Below, piece by piece: positions 31,063 to 40,434 of a DNA stretch of 55,884 bases. The notes under the pieces are model-generated. The model worked only from the letters and a program-made list of their open reading frames with translations, was not told where the DNA came from and searched no databases. Every line of letters begins with the position of its first letter. Position 1 is the first letter of the stretch. The stretch covers positions 1 to 55,884 of the forward strand of contig CAWHOE010000044.1 of NCBI GenBank assembly GCA_963830915.1, in the 5' to 3' direction. Both the position numbers and the translations under genes were made by a program. This DNA comes from a candidate division FCPU426 bacterium (GTDB lineage: Bacteria > Oederibacteriota > Muellerivitia > Muellerivitales > Muellerivitaceae).

Positions 31063-31788
31063 ATGAGAACAGGCCCCATGAAACTGACGATCTGCTTGGC
31101 TGTGCTATTAGGGAGCCTGACTTCTTTGAACGCCCAGACTCCCATACCTTCTCCGTTAAAAAAGATCAATCCGCCTCTTTTCTTGAAACCCACGGATAAA
31201 ACTCCGTCGAAAGGATTGGTCAGTCCGGAAGTTCCTGAACTGGGACCGGACAGGACTCCCTTGAAAGTGGAAATGTCCATCGAAGCGCCCACCCCTAACA
31301 TTATGGGGGAGTTTTCTGATCCTGAATTTTTCGAATCCCTGAAAGCGCTCAAAAAATCCGAAAATGATATCGGAGTTGTCAATTGGCATCTCAACAATGA
31401 GGTGGATTTCGATTATTGCCATCTTCGAGATGAGCAAGGCAACCATTGGTATGGTTGGATATCAGGCGAAAAATTCCATTGGATATTGATGACGGGGAAC
31501 CGTTATTGGTGGCATGACGAATTCGCCAACCATTGGCTGTATTTTAGCAAAGGTCATTGGTGGCGGGCAGGGGGACAAAAGGAGCCGGGCCAGTTGCAGG
31601 TGCTGGTGGACGGGGAATACTATTTTTGCCAGAGGGACGGGCAGTTGCTCAAGGACATGGGCCAAGATGGCAATGGCCAGATATTGAGCGGCAATGGTCC
31701 TTTTCGGGGTGATTTTCACCATGGGGGTCATGGCCATGGCGGCGGCCATTCCCCATCCGGGAACACGGGGAGTTCGACAGCTCAATGA
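31063..31788 (+). CDS. Hypothetical secreted protein with Trp/His-rich domain
   Basis: Signal peptide; NHWYGW, RYWWHD, HWLYF, GHWWR segments; His/Gly tail. Confidence 0.7.
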   Translation: MRTGPMKLTICLAVLLGSLTSLNAQTPIPSPLKKINPPLFLKPTDKTPSKGLVSPEVPELGPDRTPLKVEMSIEAPTPNIMGEFSDPEFFESLKALKKSENDIGVVNWHLNNEVDFDYCHLRDEQGNHWYGWISGEKFHWILMTGNRYWWHDEFANHWLYFSKGHWWRAGGQKEPGQLQVLVDGEYYFCQRDGQLLKDMGQDGNGQILSGNGPFRGDFHHGGHGHGGGHSPSGNTGSSTAQ

Positions 31789-31813
31789 AAGACAGGTCCA
31801 GGAAGAAAAAGGG

Positions 31814-32548
31814 ATGAAACGATCATCATTATTCGGCATTTGCTTATTATCGGCCCTGCTTTTTCCCTGTTTGGCCATAGGAAACGCCATTTACTACAGG
31901 TCCCCCGGGTTTGACATCCCCAACGGCCGCATCGCTTTCATGGGTTGCTATTACAGCCCCTTGCGTGTCCATGCCAATGGTTTGGACGACCAATTCCTAA
32001 TACCCAAGCGAAAAGAAATTTTCGGGATGAACATGGAAGAACCCTATTTCACCCCGGAAAAGATCCAGGCGGTCAACGAGACAAACCAAGGTCTGCAGGA
32101 TGTGATATCGGAGACCGGCTTGACCATGGACCCTGTCCCTTTCAACGAGGCCTACCAAAGAGCCCTGCTCATGCATATCTTCTCGCCGGAAAAATACCTT
32201 TACAATCCTGGTATCGCCAAATTCTGCGGTAATCGGCCTTTCGCCCTGATCGTGGTCATCGATTATTACGCGGACTTTTCCAGTTCCATCAATATCCGGG
32301 AAAGCCAGAATGGGCAGAAGATCAATTATTTGAACAGGCGGTCCATTATCGAAAAGGATGAGAGCGTATTCAAGAACAAGGGCCGGCAAAGGGCCGCGGC
32401 CTTGGAGTTATTCCTGGTCTCCACTCTGGATGGCAGGACCCTCTGGCAATGCAATACCATCTCCACCGACAACGGTTATGGTTCCGGTTACGATATCATC
32501 GCCAAAAGCCTGATAGGCTCCGCTTTCAACAACATGATGAAAAGATGA
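31814..32548 (+). CDS. Hypothetical exported protein
   Basis: MKRSSLFG.. signal-like N-terminus; LFLVSTLDGRTLWQ resembles lipoprotein/CsgG-like folds. Confidence 0.7.
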   Translation: MKRSSLFGICLLSALLFPCLAIGNAIYYRSPGFDIPNGRIAFMGCYYSPLRVHANGLDDQFLIPKRKEIFGMNMEEPYFTPEKIQAVNETNQGLQDVISETGLTMDPVPFNEAYQRALLMHIFSPEKYLYNPGIAKFCGNRPFALIVVIDYYADFSSSINIRESQNGQKINYLNRRSIIEKDESVFKNKGRQRAAALELFLVSTLDGRTLWQCNTISTDNGYGSGYDIIAKSLIGSAFNNMMKR

Positions 32549-32591
32549 TCTGACTTCATGAATTTTCAAATCATTTAATGACAAGGAAAGC

Positions 32592-32741
32592 ATGTTCTGC
32601 AAAAAGTGCAAGCTCAAGATGCGTGAATTGGCGCATTCAGCCCATAAAAAGAGGAAGTTCATTTGCCCTAAATGCGGAAGGGCGCGCATGATGGGCGGCA
32701 AGGAAAAGGCGGGGGACCGCCGACGCCGTGACAAAGAATAA
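32592..32741 (+). CDS. 49-aa zinc-ribbon protein (absent from the ORF track)
   Basis: RBS AAGGA; MFCKKCKLKMRELAHSAHKKRKFICPKCGRARMMGGKEKAGDRRRRDKE; fills the gap between same-strand genes. Confidence 0.75.
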   Translation: MFCKKCKLKMRELAHSAHKKRKFICPKCGRARMMGGKEKAGDRRRRDKE

Positions 32742-32760
32742 ACCAAATTAGGAGCCTTCC

Positions 32761-33189
32761 GTGAGTTCACCCTGGTTCTTCGCCTTGCTGACGACCTTCT
32801 TTTTTGGTTTTTATAACATCTTCACCAAAGCCGCAGGGCCCAAGATCGGTGGGGTCCTGGGACCGTTATTGCTGGAAAGTTTCGCGGCGGTCATTTTGCT
32901 GGTGTTTTTCCTCTGGCGCAGGTCCAACGGGTCCGTGGAAGCCTCGACCTGGCCAGGTGTAGCTTATTCTTTGGCGGGCGGTTTTTGCGCTGCCGCCGGT
33001 TCCATCTGCTTTTTCATGGTCTTTTCCAGGGGGGGATCGCTTTCGGCGGCCGGTTCTTTCGTCCTGATCGGAAGCGCTCTCCTGACCATCATGGGCGGGT
33101 TCATCCTGTTCAAGGAACCCCTCAACGCCTACCGTCTGGCTGGCATTATCCTGGGGCTTATCAGCCTTTTTCTCCTGAAAATGGAATAA
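32761..33189 (+). CDS. EamA/DMT family transporter
   Basis: Five hydrophobic helices; GFILFKEPL..RLAGIIL motif; RBS AGGAG plus GTG start. Confidence 0.88.
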   Translation: MSSPWFFALLTTFFFGFYNIFTKAAGPKIGGVLGPLLLESFAAVILLVFFLWRRSNGSVEASTWPGVAYSLAGGFCAAAGSICFFMVFSRGGSLSAAGSFVLIGSALLTIMGGFILFKEPLNAYRLAGIILGLISLFLLKME

Positions 33190-33216
33190 AAAAAACGACG
33201 CTCAATAGCCATCGCT

Positions 33217-33245
33217 TGAAACTCTTCCGGGCATTGAAACGTCAT
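33217..33245 (+). promoter_or_regulatory. ECF sigma-type promoter
   Basis: TGAAAC-N17-CGTCAT. Confidence 0.6.
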
Positions 33246-33273
33246 ATGTGTGTCGAGATAATGTTGCCATTCC

Positions 33274-34470
33274 ATGGGGAAAGAGGCGAACTTGAAACAT
33301 CATCTTTATCGTTTTCTGATGATTTGTGGGTTCCTTGCTGCTAATTATTCATCCGCATTGGCCCAGCAATCATTGACTGTCCAGAAGTATCTGGACGCGG
33401 CCAATCAAAGTTACAGATCCGGTCAATATGAGCAGTCCCTAAAATACTTCAAGGCTGCGACCCAACTTGATCCCAAATCCGCCCAGGCCTTCCAAGGTTT
33501 AGGGAATTGCTATTACAAGCTGGGCAACCAAGCGGAAGCCTTGAAAGCCTATGACCAATCCCTGGCCCTTAACCCTGATAACAAATCACTGAAAGACTTC
33601 GCCTCCTCCATTCGGGAAAAGACCGGGACGGATGGTGAAATGGCCAGTGATGAGGAAAAAACGGAGATCGAGAATGACGCGGAGGAGGTTGAGGAAGCGA
33701 TGTTCAAACCCAATTGGACCGAACAATTAGGTTTGAATATTTCCGGCCAACCTTCCCAGACAGGCGCGGGCCAGGTCACGGATGAGTTGGATTTTACCGG
33801 TACTGATCACCTCACGGAAGGCGGTCATTATTTTTCCATCGGCGGGGGCGCGGGGGTCCAAAAAGTGGAGGGGGCCTCAACCAAATACGGGAAACTCACA
33901 TTAGAAGGCGGATTGGGTTTAGGGTTTTTCCTGCCGTCTTTGGAAGCCCAGTTCGAAAGGGGTCAAACGGCCCTGAGTACCAATGGCTTGACCGGTAACC
34001 TAAATTTCCAACTCTCTGACCTTCTTACCCTTGGTATTAGCGTGAACGGCGACCTGGAAAGCCACAATGGCCCCGCCTCGACTATCGGGGTTAACTCTAG
34101 TACGAATGTGCAGATCGATGACGAGGGGTATTCAGGGAGCGCTCTGGTTACATTGAATCCTTGCGACTTCCTGGGTTTCACCCTCACGGGCGAGGAAGCC
34201 TATAACGACACCTACCAGATCGAAGGCTTAGGACCCCGTCACTTGGTAAGACCCATTCACGAAGCCGACCGGACCGACTCCATCAGTTTGATGGCGGACA
34301 TCAATTTCTCCAAGAATTTTGAGCTGCAGATCACGGGACAGGCTGGGGTGGAAAACCTTCCGGCCGGGACGGTTTATAGCGTGGTTCAGGCCCAAACAGT
34401 CACCTTGACCCAGGCGACCACCCAACCGTTCAAGGGATATTCGTTGGGTTTGCTATATAATTTCGAATGA
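33274..34470 (+). CDS. TPR-containing exported protein with probable outer-membrane beta-barrel
   Basis: Signal peptide (TTG at 33292 is a possible start); TPR motifs; amphipathic strands ending YSLGLLYNFE. Confidence 0.75.
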   Translation: MGKEANLKHHLYRFLMICGFLAANYSSALAQQSLTVQKYLDAANQSYRSGQYEQSLKYFKAATQLDPKSAQAFQGLGNCYYKLGNQAEALKAYDQSLALNPDNKSLKDFASSIREKTGTDGEMASDEEKTEIENDAEEVEEAMFKPNWTEQLGLNISGQPSQTGAGQVTDELDFTGTDHLTEGGHYFSIGGGAGVQKVEGASTKYGKLTLEGGLGLGFFLPSLEAQFERGQTALSTNGLTGNLNFQLSDLLTLGISVNGDLESHNGPASTIGVNSSTNVQIDDEGYSGSALVTLNPCDFLGFTLTGEEAYNDTYQIEGLGPRHLVRPIHEADRTDSISLMADINFSKNFELQITGQAGVENLPAGTVYSVVQAQTVTLTQATTQPFKGYSLGLLYNFE

Positions 34471-34518
34471 TAAGTAATTAGGGGCTTAGGAGGGTTTAAG
34501 GTCAATTTCAATGACGGG

Positions 34519-34547
34519 TGAAACTTTTTCTAAACCAACTTCGTCTA
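34519..34547 (+). promoter_or_regulatory. ECF sigma-type promoter
   Basis: TGAAAC-N17-CGTCTA. Confidence 0.65.
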
Positions 34548-34589
34548 ATTAAATGAAGTGGAAATTCAATAAAAGTTGGAGGAGTAGTT

Positions 34590-35000
34590 ATGAAACATTC
34601 GATTCTTTTGGCGGTTATGGCTTTTGTAATGGGGATGGTGGCATTGGCATCGGCTCAAACGACCACGACGGCTCCCGCAGGTACCCACCCACATCCCCGT
34701 ATCGCGGAAGTCCGCGCAAGGGCTAAAGAGCAAATGGTTAGGATCCACGAGGGCGTCAAGTCGGGCAAACTCACTAAGGAACAAGCCGAGAGCCTTATCG
34801 CGAACTTGAAAGCGGTCAAGGCGCAGATCGAGACCGATTTTACGACCAATGGCAAGAAAGAATTGACCGACGAGCAATTGGCCCAATTGAACCAGATGCT
34901 GGACGCCAACTCCAAGGTCATTTACACCGAAAAGAATCCAGGCGGCGCCGCTCCTCCGGCAACTGGGGGGACTGCGCCAACCACCTCAATCGCGCCCTGA
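34590..35000 (+). CDS. Hypothetical secreted helical protein
   Basis: RBS GGAGGAG; signal peptide; HPRI.EV..R...RIHEGVKSGKLT repeat-like motif. Confidence 0.85.
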   Translation: MKHSILLAVMAFVMGMVALASAQTTTTAPAGTHPHPRIAEVRARAKEQMVRIHEGVKSGKLTKEQAESLIANLKAVKAQIETDFTTNGKKELTDEQLAQLNQMLDANSKVIYTEKNPGGAAPPATGGTAPTTSIAP

Positions 35001-35026
35001 AAAACTCTAATTCAACGAGTTCGGAT

Positions 35027-35061
35027 AAAAGCCGGGTGGTCAAAGACCACTCGGCTTTTTT
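35027..35061 (+). terminator. Rho-independent terminator
   Basis: GCCGGGTGGTC-AAA-GACCACTCGGC followed by T6. Confidence 0.85.
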
Positions 35062-35120
35062 ATTTGGAAAAATCGGGTAAACTTGATCCATGAAACCAAA
35101 TCACTATCCAGGCTTGAAAC

Positions 35121-35345
35121 ATGTCCTCCGATGAATTGTTCCCGCCGGTGGATCCTGTCGATTCCATGGTGGGTATCCCAAAGGTAGTGCCCCGAAGAAA
35201 AAGATTCGGCCCCCGTTCCAAGGAACTTTATAACCAGATGCTCAAGGAACAAAAAGATCTCAGAGAATTGAAAGGGAACGAACCTCTACCCAATCCATCA
35301 CTTAATGGGCAATATCCGTATCCAAGTATTGACCGATTGGCGTAA
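35121..35345 (+). CDS. Small hypothetical protein
   Basis: 74-aa ORF filling the intergenic space; weak RBS. Confidence 0.4.
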   Translation: MSSDELFPPVDPVDSMVGIPKVVPRRKRFGPRSKELYNQMLKEQKDLRELKGNEPLPNPSLNGQYPYPSIDRLA

Positions 35346-35549
35346 TACAAAACGCGCGCGCTTAGTTACAAAAAGTAATCGGCGATTCATTGGGAAAAAC
35401 CGTGATAGTTTTTCTCAACTAGAATTAACATATTAGATATATATCTCAATTTAATTTAAGTGCTAAACTTCTTAGGTAAACGGCAACCATTCATCAGGGT
35501 GTGTTTCCATCAATTCTTAGCCGTATTTTAAAATTCAGGGGAGCGTGTC

Positions 35550-36722
35550 ATGAAATTTAATTCTATTTTGTTTGTTCTTTTGGGCCTGGCCGGTATATCC
35601 GTCCTAATCAACGCGTGCGGAAGCAGTCCTACCGCTCCAGCGGCCACACCCACACCGGTCCCACCGACCGCTACTTACACGGCTTGCACGGACGGTTCGG
35701 GCCATACCTGTACTTTCACCGTTACCAATACGGCGACAAACACAGCGACCGTTACGGATACTCAAACGGCTACGAATAGTCCAACGCTTACCAATACGGC
35801 AACCCTTACCATGACGCCAACACTTACAATGACGCCTACTCAAACCTTATCCCCGACCAACACCTTACCGCCTACAAATACCGGAACCCCTACATATACC
35901 GGCACGCCTAGTAGTACGCCTACAATTACAAATACCGCTCCCCCTTACACGGCAACTCCTTCGATGACCTCGACCCTGTGTCCGACCCAGGCTTTTACGG
36001 CGACAGCCGTCGCCGACGGATATTCCATTTCTGGAACGGTCGATTACACTCCGGGTGGAGTCAGCGCTACCCATCCGATTTATGTGGTCGCGTTCCAACC
36101 AAGTAATGGTGGAACCCCAGCTGCTTATGCTATCGTGACGACCAATAACACCACCTATACCCTCCAAGGTCTTGGTAATGGCCAGTCCTATACGGTCGTC
36201 GCTTTTTACAACGCCTCTATGACCGGCTTCCGTTGGTCGCCGCCTCCTGGTTCATACGCGGCGCTTTATGGAACGGCCACCTGCTTGCCCAGCAACGCGA
36301 CACAGATCACCACTACGGGAAATATGACAGGGAATAACATAACTTTCGGTACTTCCAACGTGCTGAATGGTTGGGCTGGGACGGCAAGTTACACCGGAGC
36401 CAAGGGAAATGTGGATGGTTGTAAAGGCATCTTCGTTATCAGCTATCCGGCCGGAACAGGCATTAGCGGCATCAGAGGTTCGGCTAGTTCGAATAATGAG
36501 GCTTACGTCAATACCAACGGTGGGTCTTACTGCATGATAGGGGGCAACGGAGGCAGCAGCGTTTGTGTCACCAATAGCGCAGACATTCTGGTCTATTATG
36601 ACGCGACTGGGGCGGGTAACAGCGGACCTCAATCCGGTGATCCTTATTATTTCGTCAGTAGTCAATCTTCCAGCACTACGCCCAATCAGAACTATTCCTT
36701 TGGCGATACCAACACCTGGTAA
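35550..36722 (+). CDS. Thr-rich lipoprotein with two beta-sandwich-like domains
   Basis: Lipobox-like LINA-C; PTxT linker; RBS GGGGAG. Confidence 0.85.
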   Translation: MKFNSILFVLLGLAGISVLINACGSSPTAPAATPTPVPPTATYTACTDGSGHTCTFTVTNTATNTATVTDTQTATNSPTLTNTATLTMTPTLTMTPTQTLSPTNTLPPTNTGTPTYTGTPSSTPTITNTAPPYTATPSMTSTLCPTQAFTATAVADGYSISGTVDYTPGGVSATHPIYVVAFQPSNGGTPAAYAIVTTNNTTYTLQGLGNGQSYTVVAFYNASMTGFRWSPPPGSYAALYGTATCLPSNATQITTTGNMTGNNITFGTSNVLNGWAGTASYTGAKGNVDGCKGIFVISYPAGTGISGIRGSASSNNEAYVNTNGGSYCMIGGNGGSSVCVTNSADILVYYDATGAGNSGPQSGDPYYFVSSQSSSTTPNQNYSFGDTNTW

Positions 36723-36738
36723 GAATTAAGGTAAGGAC

Positions 36739-36773
36739 AAAAAGGCTCGACGGGAAACCGCCGGGCCTTTTTT
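36739..36773 (+). terminator. Rho-independent terminator
   Basis: AAAGGCTCGACGG-GAAA-CCGCCGGGCCTTT followed by a T tract. Confidence 0.8.
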
Positions 36774-36856
36774 ATTTCTTTATATATTCGGAACTCCCAG
36801 TTTCTAATTTATTAGAATTCCAACGGTAGTTTTAAACTGCGATGGAACCGGTCAAT

Positions 36857-36893
36857 AAAAAAGCCTGTCCTCTGAAAAGGGGACAGGCTTTTT
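36857..36893 (-). terminator. Rho-independent terminator (bidirectional)
   Basis: AAAAAAGCCTGTCC..GGACAGGCTTTTT. Confidence 0.85.
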
Positions 36894-36910
36894 GCATCCG
36901 TATAGGCTTT

Positions 36911-37387
36911 TTACTTCATGGACTGCCATTGGGCCTTGATATCAGCTTGAACGCTTTTGATTTGGTCCGTGTCATTCAAAGCGTCGGATTTATCGCTGGC
37001 CTTGAGGTCCTTGATACGGTCTAGTTTCAAGGACAGAATTTGATCCTCATCCGCTTGGATCTTTGACAAAGCTGTCAACTTGGCCTGGCACTTGGCGACC
37101 TTGGAGCTGTCATTTTTGGCCTGGGCCTGGGCAAGGCTTTCTTGCTCGTGGTCCTTATGATGGCCGAGTTTAACGATCTGCAAGTCATGCCCAGCTTGTA
37201 TCTCTTGGGCCTTGGCGTCCAACCACTTGTCCCTGGCGGCGATGACATCGGCAGGAAGTGGTTTGGGTGTGGCCACCAAGGAAGGCGCGCCCGTGGAAGG
37301 GGTAGTTGATGCGGCGGGTTGATCCGCCCAAACTGGGATACTGGCAAGCAACAAACCGGTTAAAAACGTGAAAAAAACTTTATTCAT
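36911..37387 (-). CDS. Hypothetical secreted helical protein
   Basis: RBS AGGAGG; signal peptide ending VWA; Ala/Gln/Lys-rich helices. Confidence 0.85.
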   Translation of the reverse strand: MNKVFFTFLTGLLLASIPVWADQPAASTTPSTGAPSLVATPKPLPADVIAARDKWLDAKAQEIQAGHDLQIVKLGHHKDHEQESLAQAQAKNDSSKVAKCQAKLTALSKIQADEDQILSLKLDRIKDLKASDKSDALNDTDQIKSVQADIKAQWQSMK

Positions 37388-37427
37388 GAAATGCCTCCTG
37401 AAAGGATAAAAAGATGACTACCTCTTT

Positions 37428-37456
37428 TAGACGGTTGGAGGCCCGCTTTCGATTCA
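37428..37456 (-). promoter_or_regulatory. ECF sigma-type promoter
   Basis: Minus strand TGAATC-N17-CGTCTA. Confidence 0.6.
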
Positions 37457-37512
37457 AAAAACAGAAGGAGAATTAACCTGTTTTAGTGACCAATGAATGA
37501 TAGGTAAGGGGT

Positions 37513-37547
37513 AAAAAAGAGCCTGGCTTTCGCACCAGGCTCTTTTT
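37513..37547 (-). terminator. Rho-independent terminator of hsp20
   Basis: AAAAAAGAGCCTGG...CCAGGCTCTTTTT. Confidence 0.85.
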
Positions 37548-37557
37548 ACTAACCGGC

Positions 37558-37998
37558 TCAAGTGACCGATATTTCTCTTGGTTTGGCTTCCTCGCTCTTT
37601 GGGACAACTATCTCCAAAATTCCGTCCTTGACCGTGGCGCTGATCTTATCGGCCTGGATCAAATGAGGAAGGGAAAAGCTTCGCTGGAAAGTACCGTAGG
37701 AACGCTCTAATCTGTGGTACTTCTTATCATTCGATTTATGGGTCGTTTTCTTCTCGCCGGTGATGGTTAGGACATTCTCGGAGAGGGTGATCTTGACGTC
37801 CTCCCTTTTCATCCCGGGCATTTCAGCGAAAAAGCGGTATTCGTCCTCTTTTTCCTCCACATCCACCGCCGGTATCCAGCCTGTTCCAAAGCCTTGCACA
37901 TCGAAGTCTTGACGTATGTTGAACACGTCATCCAAAAGCCGGTACCACGGCGTCAATCCCGCGGTCTCGTTGGTTTTCAACATTTTGGATGGATTCAT
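37558..37998 (-). CDS. Hsp20/alpha-crystallin small heat shock protein
   Basis: WIPAVDV.E, EMPGM, LTITGEK, ERSYGTFQRSFSLP, DGILEI.VPK motifs. Confidence 0.95.
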   Translation of the reverse strand: MNPSKMLKTNETAGLTPWYRLLDDVFNIRQDFDVQGFGTGWIPAVDVEEKEDEYRFFAEMPGMKREDVKITLSENVLTITGEKKTTHKSNDKKYHRLERSYGTFQRSFSLPHLIQADKISATVKDGILEIVVPKSEEAKPREISVT

Positions 37999-38310
37999 CT
38001 TGGGCTCCTTTCGCCGTGGATCACGGCTTTTTATTTCCTGCTTGGTTTTTAAAATAAATAGGAAAGGTCCTTTAGGTCGTCAAGATGGTCTGAGGCCTGT
38101 AAAAATATTATTTTTTAGTTCCAATGAAGAATGGTAGGGTCCGTCCAGTCAAAATGATTACCAAGGTCACATTCCAAAGTCCGGTCGCCCATGAAGGGTC
38201 CGGCCGTGGGAAACTTTGGCCCTTGCTCATCTCCCCTGGTCCGCAAATCATTTTTTCTCTTCCAACATTTCCCGTTCTATAATTACTGGACCCAGTCCCG
38301 AAGGAACCCC

Positions 38311-40413
38311 ATGCGATATAGAATTTTGGGTCCAACTCTGGCCATCTTCCTGTGTTTCGCGGGGATGGCGGTAAAGGCGACCACCCAAACTTTGCCCGAA
38401 ACATTCAAGAATCCCATCCTGAGCGGTTTCCATCCCGATCCCAGTATCTGCCGGGCGGGGGATGATTTTTACCTGACCAATTCCACTTTCGAGTTTTTCC
38501 CGGGCCTGCCCATTTACCACAGCCGCGACTTGGTCCATTGGGAACAGATCGGCAATGCCCTTGACCGTCCCAGCCAACTGCCCTTAAAAGGCGCCTCGGA
38601 CCGGGGCGGCCTGTACGCACCGACCCTCCGTTATTGGAAAGGACTTTTCTACCTGACATGCGACAACGTCAGCGGTGGCGGGAATTTCATCGTCACCGCC
38701 AAGGACCCAGCGGGACCCTGGTCCGAACCGGTTTGGCTGAACGATTATGGAATCGACGGCTCCATGTTCTTTGATGACGACGGTAAGATCTATTACGACC
38801 GGGCCGGAACCGACAATGGGAACGGTATCGCGCAGGCCGAATTGGACCCTTCCACCCTAAAGCTGAAAACGCCCTTCAAGAAAGTCTGGGAATATCAGGG
38901 TGAGTGGAATGAGGGTCCGCATCTTTACAAGGTCAAGGGCCTGTATTATCTCATGGCCGCCACGGGCGGGACCGAAAGTCATCATCAGGAAGTCGCGGCC
39001 CGAAGTAAAAGCCCTTGGGGTCCTTTTGAGCCATGTCCCCATAATCCCATACTCACCGAGCGAGACGAACCCCAAAGTCCCATCCAATGCGCGGGGCACG
39101 CGGACCTGATCGACTCGCCGGATGGCACCTGGTGGATGGTTTTTCTTGGGACCAGGCCCCACAAAGTCATGTCGGTGCTGGGCCGGGAGACTTTTCTGGC
39201 GCCGGTCCATTGGACCCAGGACTGCTGGCCGGTCGTGGGCCGGAACCATCATGTGTCCCTGGATATGGAAGCCCCGAAGTTACAGGCGTTCCCTGTGAAG
39301 TCACCTGAGCCGAGAACCCTTTTCACGAGTTCTGGGCTGGGCTTGGAATGGCTGCGTATCCGTAATTATGACCCTCGCCATTTTTCGCTGACGGAACGAA
39401 AGGGGTTTCTCCGTATCCGGACAGCCTCGGCCTGCCTGAACAGCCGGTTCGAAGAGCCCGCTTTCGTGGGTCAGCGCCAGACCTCATTCAAGTTCAGGGC
39501 CCGGACCCAGATGGAATTCAAACCCTTGCAAGACGGGGAAGAGGCGGGACTTTGCATCAGGGCCAACGAGGATAACCATTACGAAGTGGGTGTGGGGCGG
39601 TTCAATGGGGAAACCAGGATATTCGTCAGGAATAGGATCAAAAACCGCGAGTATCTTGTCGTTCAAATGCCTGTGGAAACGCTCAAAGTCCAATTGGAGA
39701 TCTCCGGTAACGAAGACCAATACCAATTCGCCTGGTCCAACGATGGTAAGGCCTGGAGAACCATCGCGGCTTGTCCCTCCGCGGACCTTTCCCGAGAGGT
39801 GGCCGGTGGTTTTACCGGAACTGTGATCGGCCTCTATGCCACCGCCAAAGGAAAAGCTTCCGATAATTACGCCGACTTCGGTTGGTTCGAGTTCCATCCC
39901 GGTGTCGCTCCCGAACCCATCCCCCTGACCCATCGGCCCCCGCCGACGCCCCTGGTTCCTTCCGGCCATTGGCGCATCCGAACCGGCTGGGAAGAATTCC
40001 AGGACAAGGACGGTTCGATCTGGTCGTCGGATATCGGTTTTTCCGGGGGGGATGTGGCCCGTTGTTGGGATACCATCACCGGAACCCAAACACAGGACCT
40101 ATATCAATTCGAACGTTTTGGAAAGGATTTCAGTTATTCTCTACCCGTGTTACCGGGTAAATACCGGGTCAGTTTGAGGTTCGCCGAGATCAACGTGAGG
40201 AAAGAGGGCGAGAGGCTGTTCGATGTGCTGGTGAACGGGAAAAAGTTCCTTTCGGGTTTCGATATCCTCAAGGAGGCCGGGGCTTTCGATAAGGCGGTTG
40301 ATAAGATCCTCACGGACATCGTTCCGGACGCCGATGGTATGATCCATCTCCGATTCGTTTCCTCGGTCCAGAACGCCAAGGTCTGCGCGCTAGAGATCAC
40401 GCGGGAACGATAA
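38311..40413 (+). CDS. Secreted GH43 glycoside hydrolase with GH43_C2 and malectin domains
   Basis: NPILSGFHPDPSICR, YAPTLRY, EGPHLYK, GHADL, LGRET, GGFTG, LRFAE..GERLFDV motifs. Confidence 0.93.
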   Translation: MRYRILGPTLAIFLCFAGMAVKATTQTLPETFKNPILSGFHPDPSICRAGDDFYLTNSTFEFFPGLPIYHSRDLVHWEQIGNALDRPSQLPLKGASDRGGLYAPTLRYWKGLFYLTCDNVSGGGNFIVTAKDPAGPWSEPVWLNDYGIDGSMFFDDDGKIYYDRAGTDNGNGIAQAELDPSTLKLKTPFKKVWEYQGEWNEGPHLYKVKGLYYLMAATGGTESHHQEVAARSKSPWGPFEPCPHNPILTERDEPQSPIQCAGHADLIDSPDGTWWMVFLGTRPHKVMSVLGRETFLAPVHWTQDCWPVVGRNHHVSLDMEAPKLQAFPVKSPEPRTLFTSSGLGLEWLRIRNYDPRHFSLTERKGFLRIRTASACLNSRFEEPAFVGQRQTSFKFRARTQMEFKPLQDGEEAGLCIRANEDNHYEVGVGRFNGETRIFVRNRIKNREYLVVQMPVETLKVQLEISGNEDQYQFAWSNDGKAWRTIAACPSADLSREVAGGFTGTVIGLYATAKGKASDNYADFGWFEFHPGVAPEPIPLTHRPPPTPLVPSGHWRIRTGWEEFQDKDGSIWSSDIGFSGGDVARCWDTITGTQTQDLYQFERFGKDFSYSLPVLPGKYRVSLRFAEINVRKEGERLFDVLVNGKKFLSGFDILKEAGAFDKAVDKILTDIVPDADGMIHLRFVSSVQNAKVCALEITRER

Positions 40414-40434
40414 TTCGCAACGAAAGGTTCCCTC

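Noticed and set aside
35434..35466. CIRCE (HrcA) operator
   Set aside because: Only a partial right arm (AAGTGCTAA) is present, with no TTAGCACTC arm, and it is not next to a heat-shock gene.
37999..38035. RNA thermometer upstream of hsp20
   Set aside because: The GCCGTG-ATC-CACGGC hairpin lies 5' of the AGGAG and does not sequester it; there is no ROSE or fourU motif.
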